Assembly (NCBI GenBank): GCA_951406725.2
Contig: OX597831.1
Coordinates: forward strand, 36,394,001 to 36,458,000
DNA length: 64,000 nt
Source: Octopus vulgaris
Taxonomy: Eukaryota
Reading direction: 5' to 3'
Part shown: positions 13,140 to 24,019 of the stretch, piece by piece
Layout: each line of letters begins with the position of its first letter
How positions within the stretch are numbered: position 1 is the first letter of the stretch
Translations under genes and position numbers: made by a program
Notes under the pieces: generated by a model
What the model was told of the DNA's origin: nothing
Database searches by the model: none
Seen by the model: only the letters and a program-made list of their open reading frames with translations

Positions 13140-14460
13140 AGGTAAGTAAGTTATACACGGTCTTCAGATCTTTTTTTCAGTAGACAGAAAATTGTGAACA
13201 GCTTTGTTTTCTCTCACATGTTTTTCATAAATATATTCAGACAACAGGTCGATTTACCGCATAACCTTCATGTAATTACTAATTCTGTTTCGAAAAATAC
13301 CCAGCTTCTTTTTTCGGGTGAAGGACAAGTTGAATGATGTAAGACTTAATCTTTCAGTTGGACACATTTTTATACTCGATATCAACTGCAGACCTTCTTT
13401 TTTCAAAATGCTTCTCCCATACACTGATAATCGCCCCATTCTCTACCCATCCACCATACACTCATATTATGATGCGTTTTATCTCTGAAAATAAGACTAA
13501 ATGATAATAACTTTTACGCTTTGGACCTAGATCTACAACATGAGATCTGACTTAGAACTAAGCAACAACAATATAGAAATGCTTTTTAATTTGGTTACAG
13601 AACCAGTAATTAAAAGAGGAGGGTTATTAATCGATCCAAGCACATCCATCGAACCGGTATATTATTTTATCAATCACGAAGGGAGGAAAGACAAAGTGAT
13701 CTCAGCGGGACTTAAACAAAGAACGTAAAAGACCTGAACAAGTAACGTAAGGAGCTTTCCGACAATCTGACGAGTCTACCAACAAGATTTCCAAATAAAC
13801 ATTTCTATAGTTCATTGAAAAAAGACGTAGATCACATATTCAATTAGATGGTGATCGAATATTTTCAATCGACCAGCAGATATGTCATGCTTTAAATCCC
13901 ATCTGGCGTCATGTTACAAAATCTATTAAAGTGAGCTTGATAATGCACGGTGCAGAATGATACTTTACAATATCTACTGCTAAGGTCAAGTTTAAAATAA
14001 TGATGGACATAAGATAGATCAGTTTGCTTTGTGGGGGCCATAAATGCGGTGTGTTGTTGTTGTTAAAGAATTTGATGTCAGCCACAGTTTAAGCACTTTA
14101 CAATTAAAAGTTTCCAATCTCTGTATCTTCTGTTTTTTCAGGAATAGCGCCAGTAGCAGCTGTAAAATTTAATGTGCCATGATAGTTTGTGTTTTGAGTG
14201 GAATTTGCATATCTCTGGCACGGATAACGATTAACTAACAGGGTTAACCTAGGGCTATATAATTAAGGCACAGGTGTAGTTGTATGGTAAGAAGTTTGCT
14301 TGCTTCCTTCCCAACCACATAATTCCGGGTTCAGTCCCACTGCGTGGAACTTTTCTATATGATATAGATAAAGTCTTTCACTATTGAATTAACGGTGGAT
14401 CTCGAAGTAGATAAAGCTATACATAACAGCGTGTAGATAATGTGTTGGAAAAACTTTAAA

Positions 14461-14547
<87 letters not shown>

Positions 14548-14801
14548 GTATGTATGGGTTACTCTACTTCGCATTCATTTTATTGACCCCCTTCCCCCAC
14601 ACACATTTGCTACAAGTATTTCACCCTGGTCTTCACTCCTCTTTTACGCTTCTCCAGTCTTGAAGGCTTGGTCGGGAAAATAGATGCTGCCCGTCTTATT
14701 CTATTTAAACCACGAGAAAAATGTAAATAGAGCATTCTTTCTCACTTCAGACTAAACATTTCATCCAATCCTTCTTCCTCGAACTTCACTAACTCTAAAC
14801 T

Positions 14802-15192
14802 GGATGGATGGAAGCACTCCGTCGGTTACGACGATGAGCGTTCCGGTTGATCCGAATCAACGGACCAGCCTGCTCGTGAAATTAACGTGTAAGTGGCTGA
14901 GCACTCCACAGACACGTGTACCCTTAACGTAGTTCTCAGGGATATTCAGCGTGACACAGAGAGTGACAAGGCCGGCCCCTTGAAATACAGGTACAACATA
15001 AACAGGAAGTGAGAGTGAGAGAAAGTTGTGGTGAAAGAGTACAGCAGGGATCACCACCATCCCCTGCCGGAGCCTCGTGGAGCTTTTAGGTGTTTTCGCT
15101 CAATAAACACTCACAACGCCTGGTCTGGGAATCGAAACCGCGATCCTACGACCGCGAGTCCGCTGTCCTAACCACTGGGCCGTTGCGCCTCC
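14802..15192 (-). mobile_element. tRNA(Arg)-like SINE, family C (possibly octopus OR type)
   Basis: A/B boxes, GGACTCGCGGTC anticodon-like arm, (TCCA)n tail, TSD AACTCTAAACT. Confidence 0.9.
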
Positions 15193-15208
15193 AACTCTAA
15201 ACTACCTA

Positions 15209-15394
15209 AAATGGTTCTATATTTAAAAGATGAGGAATTACGTACATTATTTACATTTGACGGATATTTATCGTCATCTTGTTTGTTGTTAACACAACGT
15301 TTCGGCTGATATACCCTCTAGCCTTCATCAGGTGTCTTGGTGAAATTTCGAACCTGGGTTCTCATTCCTAAGGTATTTTTCGATGTTATTATTA

Positions 15395-15461
<67 letters not shown>

Positions 15462-15545
15462 CATTATTATTCAGGTCACTGCCTGGAATCGAACTCGGAA
15501 TCTTGGGGTTAGTAGCCCGCACTCTTAACCACTATGCCATATGCC
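15209..15545 (-). mobile_element. Non-autonomous element: tRNA-like head + (AAT)n + hammerhead-bearing Penelope pLTR
   Basis: A-box TGGCATAGTGG and B-box GAGTTCGATTCC at the 5' end. The remainder matches the 3' UTR of the Penelope copy at 6732-7955. A short CTACCTA duplication occurs at 15202 and 15545. Confidence 0.8.
15291..15336 (-). ncRNA. Minimal type I hammerhead ribozyme motif
   Basis: The minus strand reads GACAC-CTGATGA-A-GGCT(agagggtatatc)AGCC-GAAACGTT-GTGTT: conserved core, stem I GACAC/GTGTT, stem II GGCT/AGCC, palindromic ACGT stem III and a GUU cleavage triplet. Confidence 0.75.
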
Positions 15546-15935
15546 TACCTATCGTCCAATGATTTCCTTCAATCTACCAACATGCAGCAGTTAAATATTA
15601 ATTCTATCTGCATTAAAACGAACACTGCTTTTCATAATTTCTAGCCTACGAAAACTTGTTATTAACAAAACGTTAATGGGCACTGCCCCGCCTACTCAGA
15701 CTAACAAACCCAAATACAAAATGCACAAAATTGAGAATAACTCAAATTTGGTGATTTTATTAATTACAAAATTGTTCGTTAACATTCAAAGTGGCAAAAC
15801 TGGGTGTTGCAGCATGGATGTTAATCGCACATGTAAAATATAAGGGTAAGATCCTCACTCTAGTGAGGACCTCCGTTAATAAATTTTGCAATCCAACAAA
15901 TCATCTTGGATTATATGCTTAGTGTAAGGAGAGGC

Positions 15936-16300
15936 ACGAAGAGGTATCGAAAACTTCCAGGACTAGTGCTGGAGCGCGCCAACAGATGGCAGCACATGGT
16001 TGCGTACGAATTGAGAGCAATCAGTGACCTTCATGAAGGATTGTGCCGGTTGACATCGCTGTGTTTACTTCACAAGTTGTGAAATTTGCGTTTTTGTGAT
16101 CACGTGTATGCTGTTGTCTGCGTCATTGTCATGAACAGGAACAAAGAACCAACGTGAAATTTTGCGTGAAACTTGAAAAATCTGCTACAGAGACATTGAG
16201 CATGCTTCGACAAGCTTACGGCGACGAAGCAATGAGACACATGCAGCAATGTTTCGAGTGGCACGGGCGGTTCAAAAGCAGAAGAACCTCCCTAAAAGAG
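15936..16300 (+). mobile_element. 5' fragment of a mariner element (second family)
   Basis: TIR-like CGAAGAGGTATCGAAAACTTCCAGGACT, followed by NVKFCVKLEKSATETLSMLRQAYGDEAM...FEWHGRFK. Confidence 0.8.
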
Positions 16301-17368
16301 GAGATTAAATTTTTTTGCAAGAATTGCTGAGCAGCATTTAGTAGACTGGTTCATACTATTGTCAGTATTTAAGAATAATAAATTCAGGGTCGGTAATTGT
16401 ATTAAGTTCTCATTTTCCAGCTTTGTTGGGAACGACAGTTAATCTTCCAGTTGGACACATTTTTATACCCGATATCAACTGCAGACGTCCTTTCCTCAAA
16501 ATGCTTCCCTCATACACTGATAATCGCCCACACGCGCGTTTCACATCATCCCTTTCTCTAACCATCCACCATACACTCATATTATGATGCCTTATTAATA
16601 CAAATCACAAAGCATCAAACGTTTACTCCTCACTATAACACACACATTCGCATACAACCTTGCTCATGCACCTAACTCCCTAATCACACATAGCTAACTA
16701 ACACTACCATGCGTAAGCGCTTCTTTTACAAAGTACTCTCTCGCTCGTCTCTGCTGGAAAACATTGATTCTACTGACTACTTGTTGGCTGCGACAGCATG
16801 TTTCATCTCTTGCCTGAAGTCTTTTCTTTACAATGCTTTTTGTTTCTCTACTTCTTTCTTTTGTCTTGACAAAAGACAACTGTCCGAAATGTCGACTCAG
16901 CGTAGTTACATTGATATTTGCACTCTTGCTCAATGTTTCTGTTTTTTGCTATTGTTTTTGCTCCCGTTTCCTTGGATATCAATTTTTTTCAGACGTATTC
17001 TTTCTTTGAATTCTCCACTCTTTGCTTCATTTTTACCTAGAGTCAATTAATTAATAATAGTAATTTTATATATGGATGTGGTCAAAATAAATATTTTAGA
17101 TGTACAATGTCAATATCCATTTATCGTACAGTGATTATATCTCAGTATAGTAATAGCCAATATAAATGTCGGTCGGTTGGCTGATATTTTCAGTTTCGCT
17201 GCACATCGTATGGAGAGGCGGGGAGAAAGAGTAAAAGAGAGAGACAAAGAGAGATAATATATTAGATGTTAAAATCGAGAAAGGTACGCTGAAATTGACA
17301 AGCAGCCATAGTGGATAGTAAAAATGATAAAAACTAAGTAATCGTCAAATACATGATATACTTACACA

Positions 17369-17415
<47 letters not shown>

Positions 17416-17578
17416 ACACACACAAACACATACATACACGCAATCTTCTGTTAATGAAATATACAGTCCAATATAACCATAGTGTAAGAAGGATAAAGTT
17501 GACAAACAATTGGTAGTTACAAGTAAAGTAGCAGTAGGCTTATACAGTCATGTGTGTGTGTATATGTGTGTGTGTATA

Positions 17579-17609
<31 letters not shown>

Positions 17610-17782
17610 AATGTCAATAGTGTCTGTTTACCTATGGTGGCAAAGGTATACTTTTAAAGTTTCCCATCATGCAACCGGTAACTATCATGTATACATTCTA
17701 ATATATTTCTAATTTATACAATGAGTGCAACTATTTGCGATTCGTATAACTACTAATCTCGAAAGAATATACATACATCACT

Positions 17783-18133
17783 ATATGGTCCAGTGGTTAG
17801 GGCAGCGGACTCGCGGACGTAGGATCGTAGTTTCGATTCCCAGGCTGGGCGTTGTGAGTGTTTTTTGAGCGAAAACACCTAAAACTCCACGACCTCCGGC
17901 AGTATTCTTTCACCACAACTTTCTCTCACTCTTTCTTCCTGTTTCTGTTGTATCTGTGTTTCGAAAGGGCCAGCCTTGTCACACTCTGTGTCACGCTGAA
18001 TCTCCTCGAGAACTGCATAAAAGGTACACATGTCTGTGTAGTGCTCAACCACTTGCACCTTAATTTCACGACCAGGCTGCTCCGTTGATCGTATCAATTA
18101 GAATCCTCGTCGTCGTAACCGACGGAGTGCCAC
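17783..18133 (+). mobile_element. SINE family C, diverged copy
   Basis: Colinear with 51570-51948, with an internal deletion. Confidence 0.85.
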
Positions 18134-18441
18134 GACGATATATCTAAGTGTTAGATGAGTATAGAGCGATAATAACATAAAGAAATGACACAAGAAAATA
18201 ACAAAGTTCATATTATGAACTTTATTATCGTACAGCTGTTTCTGTCATAGGATATGCAGTGAACTCTAGTTGAGTCCCTGGATAACGTCCTGTAGCTTCA
18301 TCGGAGCCTCGAATATGAAGTGCAATTTATTTAGGAAAAAGAATCACATTTGGGGAATATACAGAAAAGCATTACCAGTGAGACGGTCACGGTTAATGTA
18401 TATGGGAAAAGTGTGTCGGAAAGGTAGTTAGATACATATGC

Positions 18442-18489
<48 letters not shown>

Positions 18490-18495
<6 letters not shown>

Positions 18496-18780
18496 TAGAG
18501 TACAACTACCATGTAGCAATTCAACAATGATGTACTTAAATCATATCATATAGAGAAAAATCCAAGATACTATAAAACATTTACCTAGAATTAAATAAGT
18601 ACGAAGCAATAAATAGATAGTATATAATTAGTATTTATACTAATTATATACTATTTATTTTTATTATTTCGTACTTATTTAGTTCTAGGTAAATGTTTTA
18701 TCGTATTTTTAATTTTTTTCAATATGGTGTGATTTAAGTATATCATTGTTGAATTGCTAAATCGTGATTCTTCCCTAATT

Positions 18781-18785
<5 letters not shown>
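18490..18785. repeat. Imperfect AT-rich foldback palindrome between (TA)n tracts
   Basis: TAGCAATTCAACAATGA (18514) / TCATTGTTGAATTGCTA (to 18759); centre near 18634. Confidence 0.85.
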
Positions 18786-18854
<69 letters not shown>

Positions 18855-18899
18855 TGTGTGTATGTGTGTGTGCGCGTGTGTGTGTGTGAGTGAGAGCAT

Positions 18900-19481
18900 A
18901 TATTTATGTATATGTGTGTGTATGTTTGTGTGTCTGTATTTGTCCTCCCACCATCGCTTGACAACCAATGTTGGTGTGTGGCGTGTTACGTCCCCATTAC
19001 ATAGCAGTTCGGTAAAAGAGACCGATAGAATAAGTTCTAGGCTTACAAAGAATAAGTCCAGGGATCGACTTGTTCGACTAAAAGCGGTGCTCCAACATGG
19101 CCGTAATCACACACATATATATATTCCTTTATTCTTTTATTTGTTACAGTCATTTGACTACGACCATGCTGGAGCGCCGCCTTTAGTCGAACAAGTCGAC
19201 CCCAGGACTTATTCTATCTATCTTTTTTACCGAACTTCTATGTTACGGGGACGTAAACACACCAACGTCGGTTGTCAAGCGATGGTGTGGGGATAAATAC
19301 AGACACACAAACATACACACACACGCACACACACACACACATATATAATATATATACGGAGGGCTTCTTTAACTTTTCGTCTAGATCCACTCACAAGCCT
19401 TTTGGTCGGCCCGAGTCAATAGTAGAAGACACTTTTCCAAGGTTCCACGGAAGCTGCTTACCACACAGCCACTCCTGCGCC
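18900..19481. mobile_element. Inverted pair of family B SINEs (+ partial 18900-19106; - 19128-19481)
   Basis: Shared CATCGCTTGACAACC and TTGTTCGACTAAA segments in opposite orientation. Confidence 0.8.
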
Positions 19482-19532
19482 TATATATATATATATATAT
19501 GCATATACATATACATACATACATATATATAC

Positions 19533-19600
<68 letters not shown>

Positions 19601-20455
19601 CACATGTGGGTGTATTTGTGGGGTTGTCAGGTAACGCCTCCTACATCATGTTATCGATATTGATGAAACACACATGTGAGTAGAACTCATGTCTGGAAAC
19701 CCGTGACATACTTAGATTGTTGAAACACTCGATAATAGGACCCCTGGAAGGGATCCTTATATCTACTACATATAACTAACATATTTCATTTAAACATCCA
19801 AGGGAAATAACCCATAGCACTTGCACTTACTATTGTCAGTATTTAGCGAAGCGATCAATATTTGATTCTCACGATCAGTGGACCTAATTTTGCATTTTAC
19901 TACTCACTGTTTTGAACTGTTAAACCTTATTATTGTACTTTCTTGATTTGAATCTAAAACCCTAAAGACTCCATTCATACATTTATATTCATACATACTT
20001 TTTTGCGCTTATATATACTACATTTATATATTAGCTTTAATAAATTAGCCGTGATAAAGTTAGCCTTTAATATGCCACGATTAATAAGAATACGAGTGAG
20101 TACTTCTACTTTACAAGCAGCTCCAATGAAACAACGGCGATCTCAAGTAAATCTCCTATTCATTATGCTTCATATTTACTAAATCAAACAATTATTCTTT
20201 GTCTATTCTACTTTAGTATCTAAACAGTTGCTGTATTTAATTTAGACATTGCATTAATAGACATTTTTTCAACATCTTCAAATAACTAAATGCTGGCAAT
20301 GCATGCAGCGCTTTCAATTAAATTTGATTACGCATAATTCCGCATTTTCCAGTTCAACTTTTTCGATGATAGTAGATTACTAGTAGATTACTAATGTTTG
20401 ATTATAGAACGTATTTAATAAGCGTGTCCCAATCCTGCTTTTTCTCACGGACAGC

Positions 20456-20863
20456 TCTATGATGGATGCTTTAGAGCTGGAAATCCGGAAAATTTATTCA
20501 TCTATGCATCCAACGACTAAGCCAAAATCATTGTTATCACGAAGCCCTGCAAGACTGAAATTTCGGAACAAAAATGTCTCTGCCTCCGACAACCTTACTC
20601 GCCAACCTCCGCAACCTCTCTCGCCAACCTCCGGCAACCTCGCTCGCCAACCTTCAAAATCTATGATGGATGCTTTAGAGCTGGAAATCCGGAAAATTTA
20701 TTCATCTATGCATCCAACGACTAAGCCAAAAACATTGTTATCACGAAGCCCTGCAAGACTGAAATTTCGGAACAAAGATGTCTCTGCCTCCGACAACCTC
20801 ACTCGCCAACCTCCACAACCTCTCTCGCCAACCTCCGGCCACCTCTCTCGCCAACCTTCAAAA
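20456..20863. repeat. 204-bp tandem repeat, 2 copies, with internal CTCTCGCCAACCTCC sub-repeats that continue to about 20940
   Basis: GATGGATGCTTTAGAGCTGG at 20461 and 20665. The period is a multiple of 3, which explains the duplicated 162-aa ORF. Confidence 0.9.
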
Positions 20864-20946
20864 TCTTCTCTTGACAGCCTCCAAGAATCTCTCCCGACAA
20901 CTTCTCACAATCTTTCTCGCCAACCTCCGACAACCTCCTCCAGCTG

Positions 20947-21074
20947 ACGGTTTTTTGTACTTTTTCGCGACGGAAAATACACCTTTTATGGCAGTTATAA
21001 CGAAATTGCTTTTTTAAATCAGAGTAATAAGGCGTTTACCTACCGGGAATTACCGGGTTACATTATACAAGCCA

Positions 21075-21075
<1 letters not shown>
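20947..21075 (+). mobile_element. Putative Helitron 3' terminus, copy 1
   Basis: About 130-bp direct repeat of 23891-24020. It ends in the imperfect hairpin CCGGGAATTACCGGG, then ...AAGCCAG|T and (TA)n, resembling the hairpin plus CTRR|T Helitron end (here CCAG). Confidence 0.5.
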
Positions 21076-21117
<42 letters not shown>

Positions 21118-21120
<3 letters not shown>

Positions 21121-22378
21121 TTGTATTTAGACATGTGGTAGGGTCTAAGCTGCTTTTCCAGATAAGCCATCTCTCCATGTCGCATAAACCGCACCTTCCG
21201 CTGCCGTTAGTATAGGGCTTACATCTGGCCAAAATCTTCCATTGTATGTTATAATCGACACCTTTATCTCTTAAAGACCAAATATGATTGGATAATTGTG
21301 TCGCTTTTCTTTTGTTCCAGTGCCTAAAGCTCAAAGTGTGGTTATTGAACCTGGTCTTGAAATTACCCTCTGTCAGGCCCACGTATTTCTTCGTCAAAAC
21401 GGTGTCTTTAGTGGTTATAGAGTTTACGGTAGCCTCATATATGATGGTCTTGGACATGCAAGCTCCATTTAGCGGGCACAATTCTTTATTCCTGCATGAA
21501 CAGCTGTTTTCTTCTTGTGTTTTTTGTATGTTATGATTGATTATGTTTTTAAAATTGGTAGTTGAACTAAAACTAATTTTTAAATTGTGTCTATTGAAGA
21601 GTTTCCTATAAGCATGGTTAACTGGAAAATGTCTATCTATCAGTGCTAGGAAATATTTACCTATATTGAAGGCCACCTCGGGTGAGTAAGGGGGCGTAAA
21701 CCAGATGACCTTCCTATTTCTATTATTCCTTTTCCTTATTGTTGGGCTGGTGATAGGTGTATATTTTATTTTTTCGCTAAAACCACTATCTTTTAAAGCT
21801 TTATTATAAACTGGGGCAACGCTATTGAAGATGTCCTCATTAGATGAGAGGCTAGAAATCCTATTACTAATATTTTTAACTAAATTTTTGAATACTATAG
21901 GGGGATGGCATGAACCTACATTAATATAACTTAGTCTATCATTGGGCTTCCTATAAGGCTTATAAATATTATTATTAAGATCTAAGGAAACGTCTAAGAA
22001 ATTGACAACCGTCAGGTTAGTGTCTATAGTTATACTAAGTCCGAAGTGTTTCATTAACTGGATAATATCCTTCCTAAAACGATCTTGTGCTGGTCCATTT
22101 GTATTAGCTGTTAAGGCGAGGGCATCATCTTTGTAGATGGCGAAATGTACGTTAGGGAATGTCTTACTGAAGGTATCTAGGAGAAAGAGTCCAATTAGAT
22201 CACAGATGCCTGCCCCATCATATGAACCCATGCTCACATCGAAAGCGCCCTCCGTGTCGGTGTTTTTTACCCACTTTGCATTCTCACTGAAAAGTAATGT
22301 CTTTCTAGCATGGAAGATTATATCCTTATCATTGGTACTAATTTCTATGAGTCACTAGCGAAGATTAGGGCTTTATCT
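21118..22378 (-). pseudogene. Inverted duplicate of the same Penelope-like RT/GIY-YIG ORF, cut off at its 3' end by (TA)n
   Basis: The ORF-track protein at 21050-22237 is identical to the + copy up to LNTR, then runs into (TA)n. A 1-nt deletion near 22350 relative to the + arm shifts the upstream frame. Confidence 0.9.
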
Positions 22379-23653
22379 AGCAGTTCTTTAGAGATAAAGC
22401 CCTAATCTTCGCTAGTGACTTCATAGAAATTAGTACCAATGATAAGGATATAATCTTCCATGCTAGAAAGACATTACTTTTCAGTGAGAATGCAAAGTGG
22501 GTAAAAAACACCGACACGGAGGGCGCTTTCGATGTGAGCATGGGTTCATATGATGGGGCAGGCATCTGTGATCTAATTGGACTCTTTCTCCTAGATACCT
22601 TCAGTAAGACATTCCCTAACGTACATTTCGCCATCTACAAAGATGATGCCCTCGCCTTAACAGCTAATACAAATGGACCAGCACAAGATCGTTTTAGGAA
22701 GGATATTATCCAGTTAATGAAACACTTCGGACTTAGTATAACTATAGACACTAACCTGACGGTTGTCAATTTCTTAGACGTTTCCTTAGATCTTAATAAT
22801 AATATTTATAAGCCTTATAGGAAGCCCAATGATAGACTAAGTTATATTAATGTAGGTTCATGCCATCCCCCTATAGTATTCAAAAATTTAGTTAAAAATA
22901 TTAGTAATAGGATTTCTAGCCTCTCATCTAATGAGGACATCTTCAATAGCGTTGCCCCAGTTTATAATAAAGCTTTAAAAGATAGTGGTTTTAGCGAAAA
23001 AATAAAATATACACCTATCACCAGCCCAACAATAAGGAAAAGGAATAATAGAAATAGGAAGGTCATCTGGTTTACGCCCCCTTACTCACCCGAGGTGGCC
23101 TTCAATATAGGTAAATATTTCCTAGCACTGATAGATAGACATTTTCCAGTTAACCATGCTTATAGGAAACTCTTCAATAGACACAATTTAAAAATTAGTT
23201 TTAGTTCAACTACCAATTTTAAAAACATAATCAATCATAACATACAAAAAACACAAGAAGAAAACAGCTGTTCATGCAGGAATAAAGAATTGTGCCCGCT
23301 AAATGGAGCTTGCATGTCCAAGACCATCATATATGAGGCTACCGTAAACTCTATAACCACTAAAGACACCGTTTTGACGAAGAAATACGTGGGCCTGACA
23401 GAGGGTAATTTCAAGACCAGGTTCAATAACCACACTTTGAGCTTTAGGCACTGGAACAAAAGAAAAGCGACACAATTATCCAATCATATTTGGTCTTTAA
23501 GAGATAAAGGTGTCGATTATAACATACAATGGAAGATTTTGGCCAGATGTAAGCCCTATACTAACGGCAGCGGAAGGTGCGGTTTATGCGACATGGAGAG
23601 ATGGCTTATCTGGAAAAGCAGCTTAGACCCTACCACATGTCTAAATACAAGGA
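21118..23653. repeat. Long palindrome: about 1.26-kb arms with a 13-nt spacer (22379-22391)
   Basis: ctttatct (22371-22378) pairs with agataaag (22392-22399). At the outer ends, tccttgtatttag (from 21118) pairs with ctaaatacaagga (to 23653). Confidence 0.95.
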
Positions 23654-23727
23654 CAGAACTTTTCGGATCATGCCCACATGTGACTAAATTTCTGTTACGT
23701 TTTTGGTCCCCTAAAGAAAACGGATAG
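22381..23727 (+). CDS. 5'-truncated Penelope-like element (Naiad-type) ORF: C-terminal part of the reverse transcriptase plus GIY-YIG endonuclease
   Basis: Frame is open from 22381 (ORF track starts at 22534). RT motifs IIFHARKTLLF, FDVSMGSYDGA, IYKDDAL and VNFLDV, thumb region SCHPP, Cys-rich linker CSCRNKELCPLNGAC, GIY-YIG IIYEATV...KYVGLTEGNFKTRFNNH, and C-terminal CGLCDME...LNTRTELFGSCPH. N-terminal RT motifs are missing. Confidence 0.9.
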   Translation, partial: QFFRDKALIFASDFIEISTNDKDIIFHARKTLLFSENAKWVKNTDTEGAFDVSMGSYDGAGICDLIGLFLLDTFSKTFPNVHFAIYKDDALALTANTNGPAQDRFRKDIIQLMKHFGLSITIDTNLTVVNFLDVSLDLNNNIYKPYRKPNDRLSYINVGSCHPPIVFKNLVKNISNRISSLSSNEDIFNSVAPVYNKALKDSGFSEKIKYTPITSPTIRKRNNRNRKVIWFTPPYSPEVAFNIGKYFLALIDRHFPVNHAYRKLFNRHNLKISFSSTTNFKNIINHNIQKTQEENSCSCRNKELCPLNGACMSKTIIYEATVNSITTKDTVLTKKYVGLTEGNFKTRFNNHTLSFRHWNKRKATQLSNHIWSLRDKGVDYNIQWKILARCKPYTNGSGRCGLCDMERWLIWKSSLDPTTCLNTRTELFGSCPHVTKFLLRFWSPKENG

Positions 23728-23890
23728 AACATGCTTTCTGTGTTATGTCCCAAGAAGATTTTATATATTTTTATATATTTTTATATATTTTTTATGTATT
23801 TTTATATAATTTTTATGACGAAAAATGCGAGCGATGTATAAGTACGCAGGCAAAGCAGAGTTATAACAGAGTAATTTCCCTTCATTTTTA

Positions 23891-24019
23891 ACGGTATTTT
23901 TTTGTACTTTTTCGCGACGGAAAATACACCTTTTATGGCAGTTATAACGAAATTCAGAGTTTTTTTAAATCAGAGTAATAAGGCGTTTACCTACCGGGAA
24001 TTACCGGGTATACAAGCCA

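Noticed and set aside
20459-20947. 162-aa ORF with an internal duplication
   Set aside because: Explained by a 204-bp tandem repeat and C-rich sub-repeats; no recognisable domain.
23728-23890. SECIS element or selenocysteine recoding, as reported for some Naiad elements
   Set aside because: The ORF has no in-frame TGA, and I could not fold a convincing SECIS downstream.
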